IMG/VR virus record: IMGVR_UViG_3300032287_004484
Span: 186,001 to 250,000 of that record
Length of the DNA stretch: 64,000 nt
Strand: one strand, 5' to 3'
This document shows positions 31,375 through 41,760 of the stretch, in pieces; the stretch's first letter is position 1, and every line of letters begins with the position of its first letter. The notes under the pieces were generated by a model. The model searched no databases and had not been told where the DNA came from. It saw only the letters and a program-made list of their open reading frames with translations. Position numbers and translations under genes: made by a program.

Positions 31375-32136
31375 ATGAATGAAAATAAAATTTATAATTA
31401 TCGTCCATTATTTGGACATTACTTTTTAGAAATACAAAAATTCTTTGCTCTTTTTGCTATATCAGGAGTTGATCAATATAATAATCAGATAAAACCGATT
31501 GTAATAATGGGAACTCCTCAAGCAGCTTTTAGAAAAATTAATACACCAATATCTAATATTTCAGGAACTAATCCAGCAAGCATAAATAGTTCAGCTAATT
31601 TACCAGCAATAAATTTTATTGCTATGGATTTTAGAAGAAATTATTCTATGGAAAATCCATATGTTCATGTAAATAGAGGTAAAGCTCCTAACGATTATTT
31701 AGGAAGAGAAAAAGTTTTAATATCTTATTCTCCACAGTCTTGGGAAATAACTTTTCAAGTATCTATTTGGACTGATAGTTATAAACAGCGAGACGATATT
31801 ATAAGTAAAATTTTAATAATGTTTCGACAAGATTTAACTATACCTTATTATCCTGATCCAGTTAATTATCCAAACGAAAAACTTTGGATTGAAGTTAGAA
31901 TGGATGAATCTTTTAGCGATGAAACAAATTTAGAAGATTTACAAGAAAAAGAATCTAGAAAATTTGTTAGGACTTCTTTTACAATGATCTCTAGGGCAAT
32001 ATTACCATACGATATGAATTATGTTTCTACAATTTTAAGAATACAAATTGAAAATGAAATTCTTGCTAATCAAGGTAACTATCTAACTTTTAGTTTAGAA
32101 ACTATCGAAGGCGAAGAAATAGTTGTTTTATCTTAA
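31375..32136 (+). CDS. gp15: tail terminator / sheath stabiliser (T4 gp15-like)
   Basis: LPAINF..MDFRRNY, PQSWEITFQVSIWT...DDIISKIL; position before sheath. Confidence 0.7.
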   Translation: MNENKIYNYRPLFGHYFLEIQKFFALFAISGVDQYNNQIKPIVIMGTPQAAFRKINTPISNISGTNPASINSSANLPAINFIAMDFRRNYSMENPYVHVNRGKAPNDYLGREKVLISYSPQSWEITFQVSIWTDSYKQRDDIISKILIMFRQDLTIPYYPDPVNYPNEKLWIEVRMDESFSDETNLEDLQEKESRKFVRTSFTMISRAILPYDMNYVSTILRIQIENEILANQGNYLTFSLETIEGEEIVVLS

Positions 32137-32221
32137 AAATAATTATTTTTTAATCACAACTTAATTTTATTATTGTTTTTTTTATTTTAACCTAAATATA
32201 TTTTAAATAGGAGAAATAAAG

Positions 32222-32398
32222 ATGATTTGTAATATTACGAATAAAAAATACCAAAAAGTTAAAGTTTTTTTAAATGTTGATGAAACTCTAATTTTAGAAG
32301 CGAAGGAAACAAAGAAAGTAATTCTATCTGATTTTTCCCAACATTTAAAAGATCTAGAAAAAGAAGGATCAGTTTCTATTAAAACAATAGAAAAGTAA
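32222..32398 (+). CDS. small hypothetical protein (58 aa, absent from ORF track)
   Basis: AGGAG SD, ATG 32222, MICNITNKKYQKVKVF...IKTIEK; fills the gap before the sheath gene. Confidence 0.6.
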   Translation: MICNITNKKYQKVKVFLNVDETLILEAKETKKVILSDFSQHLKDLEKEGSVSIKTIEK

Positions 32399-32407
32399 GG
32401 AGAATTT

Positions 32408-34792
32408 ATGGCAACTTTTACAGTCAATGATATTTTAGGTGTTGGTTTTAAATACGAACAAACAGCAGAAGACCAAATATCGCCAACACCAACGGGTACC
32501 TCTGCTGCTATATTTGGTACAGCAACTTGGGGTCCAATAAACACACCAACTCAAATAACTGGTGGAAGAAGAGAATTTAGAAATCGTTTTGGCAGTGCTG
32601 GTACTACAGCAGATGATGGTTGGGATGCTGCTTACTATCATTTTGGTAATTCTAGTTTAGGTTATTTCACTCGAATTGCTTCTTCTGCTAATCCGCCTAC
32701 AAGATCATATAAAGAAGCATCTAATAATGCTACTAGAGCTTATGTAACAGGTACAAATGTTTTAGGAACTGAATTAAGGGTTTATCCGTCAGCTAGTGCT
32801 AATGCTAATCATTTATTTCCATTTACAGTTACTCATAAGAATTCAAACCCTTTAATGACTACTTTTGAAAATATATCTACTGAGATTAATTTTCAAACAG
32901 AAGGATTAGTTTCTTTAGGAGCAACTATTAGTGGTGATTATTCAACTAGTGGAACTTTAAGTGCTGGTAATTATATTAGTTTTAAAGTTTATAATCAAAC
33001 CGGAGCGTTAGTAAATACTTATACTTTTACAGCAACTGGTGGAGAAAAAGTTACTGGAGCTCAATCTTTTGTAAACTTATTATTAACTAATGGTACAATT
33101 AATTCAGCTAATAGAACACATTTTAATTTATCAGCAAGCGGAACAACTGTAACTTTAACGACAGAACCATATTATTATGGACCAAATGCTAAAATTGAAA
33201 TCACACGTAATGATTTATCAATTCTTAGTACTGGAACTGATACTGGATTAGATGTAAGTAGATCAGCTATAATTAATAAAATAAACACTAAATTTAGAGC
33301 CTTAAGTTCACCTTTATTAGGAGATACTCTTGGCGTTATTTATGGAGATTCTTATTCTTTTGCAGCATTAAACTCTACGAACAATGTCGTATTAACTGCA
33401 CCAACATCTGGTACAACATCTAAAATTACAGTTAGTTTAAACACTCTTTTTGGTTTTACTAATACGATTATAACTGGTGTTAACAATAAAATAGTTGGAT
33501 CTTTTAGAGCAAAAAGAAGAGGAACTGAAGGTAACTTAATAAGATTAGTTTTTTCTAATACATCGTCTACTACTGAACCTAGATGTGATATTTATTTTAG
33601 AAGCACTCTTGTTGCTTCAATTATAGGATATAACTTTATTACTGGAGATGTTAATAATCTTTCTGAGATTATGAAAGCTTCTTCTGCATTATCTTCTATT
33701 CTTGAATATAATCACGGAAGATCTTATGAAGATTTTGATGAAAATGATGATACTTTAAGTACTGGATTAGCAATTTCTGGAATAACTTCTAGTGACGTAA
33801 TTGGTGATGGAGAGTATATATTAACTGGCGGAACTAATGGTGAAACTGGAATTAATGTTGTAAATGATGTTATTCCTCAAATTAAAATTTTAAGTAATGA
33901 TGATATTTATGATTTCGATGTTATTACAGCTCCAGGATATTCTGAGCAATCTGTTCAAAAAAGTTTAATTGAAGATGTTTGTGAATATCGTAAAGATTGT
34001 TTTACAATATTAGATATGCCAGACTTTGGAAATCCAACAACAGCAATCGATAATGCAATTAACTGGACAAATGGTAAATATATATCTAGATCAGAAAAAT
34101 TAGATTCTATTTATGGAGCAGTTTATTTTCCATGGATTAAAATTAGAAAATTAAGTTATAACACAGACATGACAACTAATTCTGATCTTACAGATTCTTC
34201 TCCAGTTAGTAGAGTTCTTGGAATGATTTCAAGATGTGATTATGTTGCTGGTAATAAATTTTCTGCTCCGGCTGGTGTTACTAGAGGTAATCTTGAAGGA
34301 GTTGAGGGATTAAAACAAATACTTAGTGCTGAAGAACGCGATAGAATTTATGCAGATGTATATGATAATTGTATTAACCCAATTGTTTATACTTTATCTA
34401 ATGGATTCTTTGTTAATGGACAAAAAACAGCTCTTAGAAAAAATGCAAGAGGTAATTTAACTTCTCTTAGTAGAATCAATGTAATGAGAGTTGGATTATA
34501 TATTAAAAAAGAAGTTTCTAGGATCGTACCTTTTTTCTTCCATGAACCAAACGATACAAGATCTCAAAAAGATTTCACAGCGATTCTAAAAAATATTTTA
34601 TCTAGTCTAGTAAATCAAAGAGCAATTGAAGATAATTATACAGTTATTTGTGATGAATCAACGAATCCACCAGAAGTAACTAACAATAATGGTTTAATTG
34701 CATCAATAGAATTTACACCAATTAAAACAATAGAGAGAATCAAGTTAGTAGCAAATTTAAAAGAAAAGAAAGCTTCTGTAACTATAGCTTAA
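32408..34792 (+). CDS. gp18: tail sheath protein (T4 gp18-like)
   Basis: AAIFGTATWGP, LTGGTNG, YGAVYFPWI, FSAPAGVTRG, INPIV, RINVMR, FFFHEPND, EFTPIKTIERI. Confidence 0.95.
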   Translation: MATFTVNDILGVGFKYEQTAEDQISPTPTGTSAAIFGTATWGPINTPTQITGGRREFRNRFGSAGTTADDGWDAAYYHFGNSSLGYFTRIASSANPPTRSYKEASNNATRAYVTGTNVLGTELRVYPSASANANHLFPFTVTHKNSNPLMTTFENISTEINFQTEGLVSLGATISGDYSTSGTLSAGNYISFKVYNQTGALVNTYTFTATGGEKVTGAQSFVNLLLTNGTINSANRTHFNLSASGTTVTLTTEPYYYGPNAKIEITRNDLSILSTGTDTGLDVSRSAIINKINTKFRALSSPLLGDTLGVIYGDSYSFAALNSTNNVVLTAPTSGTTSKITVSLNTLFGFTNTIITGVNNKIVGSFRAKRRGTEGNLIRLVFSNTSSTTEPRCDIYFRSTLVASIIGYNFITGDVNNLSEIMKASSALSSILEYNHGRSYEDFDENDDTLSTGLAISGITSSDVIGDGEYILTGGTNGETGINVVNDVIPQIKILSNDDIYDFDVITAPGYSEQSVQKSLIEDVCEYRKDCFTILDMPDFGNPTTAIDNAINWTNGKYISRSEKLDSIYGAVYFPWIKIRKLSYNTDMTTNSDLTDSSPVSRVLGMISRCDYVAGNKFSAPAGVTRGNLEGVEGLKQILSAEERDRIYADVYDNCINPIVYTLSNGFFVNGQKTALRKNARGNLTSLSRINVMRVGLYIKKEVSRIVPFFFHEPNDTRSQKDFTAILKNILSSLVNQRAIEDNYTVICDESTNPPEVTNNNGLIASIEFTPIKTIERIKLVANLKEKKASVTIA

Positions 34793-34813
34793 TTTTTAAA
34801 AATATTTTTATTG

Positions 34814-34846
34814 AAAAAAGTGGATCATATTGGTCCACTTTTTTTT
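34814..34846 (+). terminator. intrinsic terminator after sheath
   Basis: aagtggatca-tat-tggtccactt plus T-run. Confidence 0.8.
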
Positions 34847-34869
34847 ATGTTTTATATATAATATAATTA

Positions 34870-35205
34870 GTGAAACAAAGAGTCAAAAAAATTTTAGGCG
34901 ATAGAAAAAAATTTACTGGTGTTTTTGAAAAAACTTTTAACGATAGAGATATGTTTGGAAATAAAATTTCTAAGATTCTTCTAAAAGACATTAAAGATGA
35001 GAACAATAATGTTATAACTAATGAAATCATTTTTAATTATTCTAATTCTTTTGAAAAAATGGATTTAATTAAAGGTGATAAATTAGAGTTTGTTGCTAGA
35101 GTAACTTTTAGCACAGGTGGTTATATAGGTAATCGTGAAAAAGTAGGAGAAAGAAGAGATCCTGAATTGAAATTAGTAAGACCAACAAAAATTTTAAAAA
35201 ATTAA
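34870..35205 (+). CDS. hypothetical protein (possible OB-like fold)
   Basis: GTG start; beta-rich; KGDKLEFVARV. Confidence 0.55.
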   Translation: MKQRVKKILGDRKKFTGVFEKTFNDRDMFGNKISKILLKDIKDENNNVITNEIIFNYSNSFEKMDLIKGDKLEFVARVTFSTGGYIGNREKVGERRDPELKLVRPTKILKN

Positions 35206-35231
35206 TATAATAGATATAGAGGTGAAGGATT

Positions 35232-36212
35232 ATGATTCATAGAATTGGTGCTGTTATAAGTATTCCACAAGGAGCTTGTTCGTACTATCGTAGTATAGGA
35301 GCTTTTTCTAAAATTAAAGATATTAAATTTGAATTGTTAGAAAAAGGAAATTGGGTTAATTATAGTTCGATAGATGTACTATACCTAGAAAGACCAGTAT
35401 TACCTTCTTTTATAGAAGGAATGAAGATGGCTAAAAACTTTAATATTCCTGTTTGGGTTGATTTTGATGATGATCTTTTTAACGTTCCAAAATATAATCC
35501 AGCTCACTCTTTTTATTCTAAAAAAGAAACTCTTGATACTATAATTATGGCTTGTAAAATAGCTGATGTTATTACTGTTACAAGTGAAAAATTAAAAAAT
35601 GTTTACTCTAAATATAATAATAATGTTGAAGTTATTCCCAATGCTTGGAATGACACTAATTTTCCTCTTGATATGAATGCTTTTTCTAATAAAAAAATAA
35701 TTAATTGGCGTGGAAGTGCTACTCATAGAAATGATCTTTTAGAATATAAAGATTCAATTTTAAAAGCAGTTGAAACTAAAAAAGATTGGCAATGGAGTTG
35801 GATCGGTAAGGAACATTGGATGATTAGTGATTTTATAGAAGATAAACAAAAGATTTCTTTAGATGAAATGGACATTATTCAATTCTTTAATGTTATGAGA
35901 CAATTAAATCCATCAATTCAGTTAGTTCCATTAAAAATTAATGAATTTAATGAAGCAAAAAGTAATATAGCTTGGTTAGAAGCGACTTATGCTGGTGCTT
36001 GTACTATTGCTCCTCCTTTAGAACAATGGAATCGTCCAGGAATTATCCAATATCAAGATATGGATCATATATATGATGAAATTATTGACACGATGGGTAA
36101 TGATAAAAAAAGAAAAGCAAAATGGAAAGATTCTTTAGAGTTTATTGAAAGTGAATTAGTTTTATCTAAAATTAATAAAAAAAGAAGTGATATAGTACAT
36201 AAATTAATTTAA
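35232..36212 (+). CDS. glycosyltransferase (GT-B, family 4-like)
   Basis: WVDFDDDL, ADVITVTSEKL, VEVIPNA, INWRGSATH, FNEAKSNIAWLEA. Confidence 0.8.
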   Translation: MIHRIGAVISIPQGACSYYRSIGAFSKIKDIKFELLEKGNWVNYSSIDVLYLERPVLPSFIEGMKMAKNFNIPVWVDFDDDLFNVPKYNPAHSFYSKKETLDTIIMACKIADVITVTSEKLKNVYSKYNNNVEVIPNAWNDTNFPLDMNAFSNKKIINWRGSATHRNDLLEYKDSILKAVETKKDWQWSWIGKEHWMISDFIEDKQKISLDEMDIIQFFNVMRQLNPSIQLVPLKINEFNEAKSNIAWLEATYAGACTIAPPLEQWNRPGIIQYQDMDHIYDEIIDTMGNDKKRKAKWKDSLEFIESELVLSKINKKRSDIVHKLI

Positions 36213-36434
36213 ATTACGATACTTTTTCCAATCTATCCAATTTATACCTTTTGATTTTAAAAAGTTTCTTATTCTATTAGGGGAAATCTTATTTTTGTAT
36301 GAAATGTTTATTCTTACAGAAATAATATAAGGACTTAATCCTAATAAGAAACTTGTTATTATTAACGGTTCTATTTCAAAAGGAATTCCCTTCCACCTCC
36401 CATTTTTATCAGCATGTCTAGCTTTATTACTCAT
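36204..36434 (-). CDS. hypothetical protein
   Basis: 76-aa basic ORF. Confidence 0.45.
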   Translation of the reverse strand: MSNKARHADKNGRWKGIPFEIEPLIITSFLLGLSPYIISVRINISYKNKISPNRIRNFLKSKGINWIDWKKYRNLN

Positions 36435-36521
36435 ACAATATATTTATGTTTTGCGACGAACATTTTTTTTTAAAAAAAAATAAATAAAGATTTTAAATAT
36501 ATTTGTATAAGGAGAAAAATA

Positions 36522-37199
36522 ATGGGACAATTATTTCAAATTTCTAGAGTAAATTATAAAACACCTAGAATGAGTCATAGATATTCCTTAAGATTTGAAG
36601 GATTAAATGAAGTTATAGCAAGAGCTAGTGCAAGTAATTTAACTGACATCTTAACTGGAGTTCCTAATCCAGGAAATATTTATACAAGATTAAGTCCAGC
36701 AGCTGGTGCTGACGGGGCTAGAATGAGAGAAAATTTAGAATTAAGTTTATTATCTGTTAGTGTTCCTTCAATTGAAATGGAAACTGTTGAAGTGGCTCGT
36801 TTTCATGATACAGCAAAACATATTTCTAAATTTAGTACAATGGGAGATATGAACGTTACATTCTATGATTATGTAGATGGAAGTGCAAGTGCTATTTTAT
36901 TTATTTGGCAAAGTTTAGTTGGAGATAAAAGAACAGGAGCAATCTCTTATAAAGGAGAATATGTTTTAGGCAGTGCTAAATTAATTGAATATGGACCAAA
37001 AGCACCGGGGCAACCAGAAGAGCAAGAATATGTTTTAGCTGAACACGAAATGGTTAACATTTATCCAAAAAGCATTGAATTAGGTGAACATTCTTATGAT
37101 TCTGCTGAAGTAAGAAAGATTCAGGTTAATTTTTCAATAGATAACATCTATCCTCTTTATTATCGTGGATCTGGAAACGATAATACTTCTCAAAGATAA
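36522..37199 (+). CDS. gp19: tail tube protein (T4 gp19-like)
   Basis: HRYSLRF, SVSVPSIEMETVEV, MNVTFYD, NIYPKSIELGEHSYD..E...IQVNFSID. Confidence 0.8.
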   Translation: MGQLFQISRVNYKTPRMSHRYSLRFEGLNEVIARASASNLTDILTGVPNPGNIYTRLSPAAGADGARMRENLELSLLSVSVPSIEMETVEVARFHDTAKHISKFSTMGDMNVTFYDYVDGSASAILFIWQSLVGDKRTGAISYKGEYVLGSAKLIEYGPKAPGQPEEQEYVLAEHEMVNIYPKSIELGEHSYDSAEVRKIQVNFSIDNIYPLYYRGSGNDNTSQR

Positions 37200-37214
37200 T
37201 CAAACATTTAAAAT

Positions 37215-37250
37215 CTTTCGTTATATAATAATATAAATATATAACGAAAG
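37215..37250. repeat. 13-bp perfect inverted repeat overlapping a promoter -10
   Basis: ctttcgttatata-10 nt-tatataacgaaag; CAAACA-17-TATAAT at 37201-37229. Confidence 0.7.
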
Positions 37251-37262
37251 AAGTTTTTAATT

Positions 37263-38528
37263 ATGATAAAAAAAATCTATTTATTTTTCCTTTTAATTGT
37301 TGGTGTTGGAATATCCGTAATTGCTGGATTATTTTCCATTTCTGGTTTAACGACAATTTTTAAAGGATCATATTTTTCTGTTTTATTAATGGGGTCATTT
37401 TTAGAAGTTGCGAAAGTTTCCATATCAATTTATTTACATTTATTTTGGAAAGATATAAGAAAATTATTAGCTGCTTATCTATTATTTGCTTTATTAATTT
37501 TAATGGCAATTACATCGTTAGGTATTTATGGATATTTAAGTAAATCGTTTTTTAATTCTACTGATACAAGTTCGATGTATACTAAAGTTGAATCTATGAA
37601 TATTAGTTTAGAATTAGAAAAATCAAAAGTAAAAACGGCTCGTGATGAAATTGAATATCTTAATAATTTGCCAAGGGATGAAAAAAAATCATGGCATATT
37701 TATAGGATTCAAAAACTATCTAAAGATATTGATGGATATTCAACAAAACTTGATTCTATCAACGAAAAATATATAACAGAGAAAGTTAAATTAAATTCAC
37801 TAGAAAGTGAGGTTGGACCTCTTAAATATTTGGCTATGATTATCTATAACGATAAAAGTCAAGATTCTATTGCTAAATCAGTACAAATTTTTATTATTTT
37901 TATAGTTCTTGTATTTGATCCATTAGCAATTTTAATAATATTATCATCAATAAATGGTTATGAAATAATTAAAAAAGAAGAAGAAAAAAGTTTAATCGTT
38001 CAAAATAAAAATAAAATAATAGAAGAAATTAAACATATCGTTAAAGAAGAAGAGGAAGAAGAAGAGATTATTAAAGAAATAGAAAAAGAAGAAATTATTG
38101 AAAAAAACGAGCGCTTTTTTCTTAAAGATGAAAATGAAATAGAAGATAACGAACAAGTATTAGAATTATATTCTTCTATTACAGATAATAAACAGGAAAT
38201 AGAAAAAGAAATTATTAATGATTTTAATAAAAAAAGAAGATACAAAAAAAAGAAAATAGAAAATATTATTGAAGAAAAAACAAAAGATGATATTAAAAAT
38301 AATTCAATAGAAGAATATGAGCAAGAAATAGAATTTGAAATGGAAGAAGAAAAAGAAGATATAATTATAGAGCAAAAAGAAGAACTAAAGATAGAAGAAG
38401 ATAAGAACGAAATTGATCTTGATGTTTTCAATGCTATTTTAGAAGAAGTTGTTGAAAGCAATAAAAGTGAAGAAGATATAGATAAAATGTATAAAAATAT
38501 TCCAATGATAAAAGGTAGATTTCAATGA
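37263..38528 (+). CDS. membrane protein with coiled-coil and acidic C-terminus
   Basis: Three N-terminal TM segments and one later TM (VLVFDPLAIL). Confidence 0.7.
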   Translation: MIKKIYLFFLLIVGVGISVIAGLFSISGLTTIFKGSYFSVLLMGSFLEVAKVSISIYLHLFWKDIRKLLAAYLLFALLILMAITSLGIYGYLSKSFFNSTDTSSMYTKVESMNISLELEKSKVKTARDEIEYLNNLPRDEKKSWHIYRIQKLSKDIDGYSTKLDSINEKYITEKVKLNSLESEVGPLKYLAMIIYNDKSQDSIAKSVQIFIIFIVLVFDPLAILIILSSINGYEIIKKEEEKSLIVQNKNKIIEEIKHIVKEEEEEEEIIKEIEKEEIIEKNERFFLKDENEIEDNEQVLELYSSITDNKQEIEKEIINDFNKKRRYKKKKIENIIEEKTKDDIKNNSIEEYEQEIEFEMEEEKEDIIIEQKEELKIEEDKNEIDLDVFNAILEEVVESNKSEEDIDKMYKNIPMIKGRFQ

Positions 38529-38842
38529 TAAGTTCAGGTAACTTTGCACCTACACAAAATACTAATGGATTCATAATAGGAAGTAATCCGAAATTAAATA
38601 AGTGGAGTACAGTTTTAGGAGGATTAGTCTTTAGACAGTATCCTTTAATATTAAATGTAGTTCCAGATGTTGCTAAACAAATTAAGGATACTACTGATTA
38701 TGAGTTAAAAAAGAAAGGAAAAGACATGTCTTATATTTTAACTCGAAAAGAACCAGTATATAGAGGAATAAAAACTCCAGAAGAAGCACAAAAAGTATAT
38801 GGTGGAAGTGGAAATTATATTATAGGACAAGATTTAGTTTAG
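38525..38842 (+). CDS. hypothetical protein
   Basis: ATGA-coupled ORF. Confidence 0.6.
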   Translation: MISSGNFAPTQNTNGFIIGSNPKLNKWSTVLGGLVFRQYPLILNVVPDVAKQIKDTTDYELKKKGKDMSYILTRKEPVYRGIKTPEEAQKVYGGSGNYIIGQDLV

Positions 38843-38852
38843 GAGAAATTTT

Positions 38853-39137
38853 ATGGAAAGAAAAAAATTAAACGATTATATTAAAAAAGTCAGAAACGAT
38901 GTATTATCTGAAGGATTATCTACCGATTATGTTGATCATGAAGAATTATATATGATCATGGGAGATTTAAGAAAACTTAATGATTTATCATCTAAATTAT
39001 TCTTAATGTTAAAAAAGAATCCTTCTGACGTGGAAGAATGGAATCAAATTAAAATATCTAAAGCGTGTGATTATCTTTCATCAGTATACGATTATTTAAT
39101 GTATACTAATGTAGAAGATAATTTTAATAAAGATTAA
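38853..39137 (+). CDS. conserved phage hypothetical protein
   Basis: DHE..M...L...EEWNQIKISKACDYLSSVYDY, a motif I recall from large phages. Confidence 0.65.
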   Translation: MERKKLNDYIKKVRNDVLSEGLSTDYVDHEELYMIMGDLRKLNDLSSKLFLMLKKNPSDVEEWNQIKISKACDYLSSVYDYLMYTNVEDNFNKD

Positions 39138-39146
39138 AAAATAAAA

Positions 39147-39172
39147 TAATGTGAGTTTAAAAGCTCACATTA
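39147..39172. terminator. hairpin between convergent genes
   Basis: taatgtgag...ctcacatta. Confidence 0.6.
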
Positions 39173-39452
39173 AAGATTTTTGTAAATTCAATAAAAAAAA
39201 CATTATGTTTCTCATAGAATCCTCACTACTATGATTAGGTCTAATAGAAAAACCATTTTCATTAATTTTATCATTAATAATTAACATCCAAGTTGTAATT
39301 GAAAGACTTAAAAAAATATCTATTTTCTTTTTTCCCTCAAAAAATTTATGTTTATTTTTAGGTACATAATCGTAAGCATCTAAAAATAAATTTTTATCAC
39401 ACCAATTTAATACTTCTTTTCTGAGTTTTTGTTCGTTAAAAAAATCTTCCAT
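39165..39452 (-). CDS. hypothetical protein
   Basis: 95-aa ORF downstream of a conserved promoter. Confidence 0.6.
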   Translation of the reverse strand: MEDFFNEQKLRKEVLNWCDKNLFLDAYDYVPKNKHKFFEGKKKIDIFLSLSITTWMLIINDKINENGFSIRPNHSSEDSMRNIMFFLLNLQKSLM

Positions 39453-39487
39453 TCAATCTATTTTCCTTCTTTATAAAATATACTTAT

Positions 39488-39527
39488 AATATATAATTTC
39501 TTATTTTCAATGTCTTAACCTAAAAAA
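39488..39527 (-). promoter_or_regulatory. conserved phage promoter
   Basis: TTTTTAGGTT-AAGACA-17 bp-TATATT on minus strand. Confidence 0.6.
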
Positions 39528-39640
39528 TAAACAATGATTTGTTTAAAAAAATAATAACAATATATAATATCAGATTTTGTTATATCGTTAGTATGAATTC
39601 CTATGATTATCCATAAAATAATTATTAATATATATATCAT

Positions 39641-41536
39641 TTAATTATAATAAATCCTCGACTCTTTATTTTTCTTAATTACTTTTATAAGTCCATCTGG
39701 AACAAAATTCTTAATTCCTGATTCATGTGATATAATAAAAATACTCATTTTTTCTTTTACAAAAGAACTTCTAAAAATCTCTATAAACTTTTCAATTGAA
39801 TCTTCATCCATAGAACTAAAAATTTCATCTAAAAATAAAATATTTGTTCCACCAATATTAATTCTTAATATAGAAAATAAACTTAAAGATATAGATAAAT
39901 TAACTTGAGCTTTTTCACCCATAGATAATTGAGAGTAATCAAATTCTTCACCTTCGTAAATTATCGTTTCGTTCCAAGAGTTATCAAAAATAATTTCTAT
40001 CTTACCTTCAAAAATTATATCCACAATACTTTTCAGTATAGCATTAAATATAGGAACTATCTTAGACATGATATAACTTTTTAGTGAACCTTCATTTCTA
40101 AAATCAAGTGCTGAATCCCAGAATTCACCAATCATAATAAGATGATTAATTTTTTCTAACTTAGATTCGTTATCTTCTATTATTTTTTTATGATCTCTAA
40201 TATTCTTGATGTTATCCCATATATCAGATATTATAATTTTTTTAGATTTTAATTCTTTTATTTTATCATTTAATTTATTAGCACCTTCTAAATGAAGGTG
40301 TGGATCTTTATTGTTCATGATATCATTAATTATAATTTCTTTAAAAGGTTTATCAATAGTTGAAAAAGAATTTTTATCAAAAGATAATAATTTTTGGTCC
40401 AAAACTTCTTTTTCTTGATCCTTTTTATTTTTTATAAAAATATTACTTTTAACGTTTTTTCTTATTAAAACTAAATTTTCACGACTCTTATTTAATGAAT
40501 AATTAAAAGAATCTAAAACATCTTTTCTGATTTTAATTTCTATATTTTTATCACAGTGAGAACACTTTTCAGTTTTAATTTTACACGACTCATTAATTTT
40601 TTCAAGTATAGAAAAAATATCTTTTTTATTTCTTTTATACTGATCTAAATTATTATTTAATTCCATTTTATTTTTTTTATTAGAGGACTCGTGTTCTGAA
40701 ATAAACTTATTGAGTTTAACATATTCAATAAAATTATTGATAATTTCAATGTTACTATTTTTGAGCAGTAATTCTAATTCAGATTCTGTTTTAGAAATCT
40801 CTAATTGATTATTTTTTATACTGTTTCTTTTATTTATAATTAAATTTTTAATTATCCCATTTAAGGATTTAATAGTAGTATTATGAGCATATTTTTCTTT
40901 TTCTAAAAAATCTCTTTCTTTACGATTAGCTGATAATTTTTCTTTAACAATCTTTCCATAATCTCTTAATTTATCTAATCGTACAATATTTTCTAAAAAT
41001 ACTGATCTTTGATTCCAAGGCAATTCTATAAAATTAGAATTGGTTTCTTTAGTTAGTGTAACACTATGAAGAAGAGTTTCGTGATTAAGAGATATTAAGT
41101 TATTAATTTTTTCTTGTGTTAATTTAATATCAGCAAAAGATTCATCAATCCAAACACCATTATCTAATCTAAAAAGGTCTAATCCATTTCCTTTAGAACT
41201 TAATTTACGATATCTTTCAATTTTCCATTCATCGTTACCTAATTTAAAATTGACTTTAACTAAAAGATTTTTCTTATTCTTTTTATTGATTAATCCATCT
41301 GCTTTAATTTTCTTATCTGGATTTTCGCCAAATATAACCCAATTAAGAGCTTTAATAATAGAACTTTTACCACAACCATTCATTTTTTTAATGTCATCGC
41401 TAAAAACATTCATTTGAAAATCATGGTTTTCACCTCTAATTAAAAAAAGTCCACTTTCTGGAAATTTAAAAATTTGATTATCAGTAAAAGAAAAGAAGTT
41501 TTGTATTTCGAGTGTTTTAAATTCTATCTTATTCAT
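39641..41536 (-). CDS. gp46: recombination endonuclease ATPase subunit (T4 gp46/SbcC/Rad50-like)
   Basis: Walker A NGCGKSS, zinc hook CSHC, signature LSMGE, Walker B LFLDE, H-loop ISH. Confidence 0.92.
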   Translation of the reverse strand: MNKIEFKTLEIQNFFSFTDNQIFKFPESGLFLIRGENHDFQMNVFSDDIKKMNGCGKSSIIKALNWVIFGENPDKKIKADGLINKKNKKNLLVKVNFKLGNDEWKIERYRKLSSKGNGLDLFRLDNGVWIDESFADIKLTQEKINNLISLNHETLLHSVTLTKETNSNFIELPWNQRSVFLENIVRLDKLRDYGKIVKEKLSANRKERDFLEKEKYAHNTTIKSLNGIIKNLIINKRNSIKNNQLEISKTESELELLLKNSNIEIINNFIEYVKLNKFISEHESSNKKNKMELNNNLDQYKRNKKDIFSILEKINESCKIKTEKCSHCDKNIEIKIRKDVLDSFNYSLNKSRENLVLIRKNVKSNIFIKNKKDQEKEVLDQKLLSFDKNSFSTIDKPFKEIIINDIMNNKDPHLHLEGANKLNDKIKELKSKKIIISDIWDNIKNIRDHKKIIEDNESKLEKINHLIMIGEFWDSALDFRNEGSLKSYIMSKIVPIFNAILKSIVDIIFEGKIEIIFDNSWNETIIYEGEEFDYSQLSMGEKAQVNLSISLSLFSILRINIGGTNILFLDEIFSSMDEDSIEKFIEIFRSSFVKEKMSIFIISHESGIKNFVPDGLIKVIKKNKESRIYYN

Positions 41537-41604
41537 TTCTATATTATTATATTAAAACATTTAATATATGTTTATAAATATACTATAGAGGGAGAAAATA
41601 AAAT

Positions 41605-41760
41605 ATGTGGAGATTATGGTGTAAAGCATTAGGTGAAAAAGCAATTCCTAACGATAAAGAAGCTGATAAAGTTGCTTTTATCAGAACGATTTTAATTCTT
41701 CAAGCAATAATCACTAATTTTTTTATAATTTTAAATTTTTTTCTAACACATTTTAAGTGA
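41605..41760 (+). CDS. small conserved phage membrane protein (51 aa, absent from ORF track)
   Basis: MWRLWCKALGEKAIPNDKEADKVAFIRT..., a family I recall from T4-like aquatic phages; GAGGGAG SD; TATAAATA at 41573-41580. Confidence 0.7.
   Translation: MWRLWCKALGEKAIPNDKEADKVAFIRTILILQAIITNFFIILNFFLTHFK

Noticed and set aside
21133-36502. TAAATATA as a late promoter upstream of structural genes
   Set aside because: Seen a few times but not distinguishable from chance in such AT-rich DNA without a statistical test
38000-38461. Antisense Ser/Phe/Ile-rich ORFs (also 2634, 3007, 5283, 18504, 21508, 21817, 23586, 26688, 32203, 56321, 56897, 57632 and others)
   Set aside because: Shadows of Glu/Lys-rich sense genes; no SD and no plausible composition
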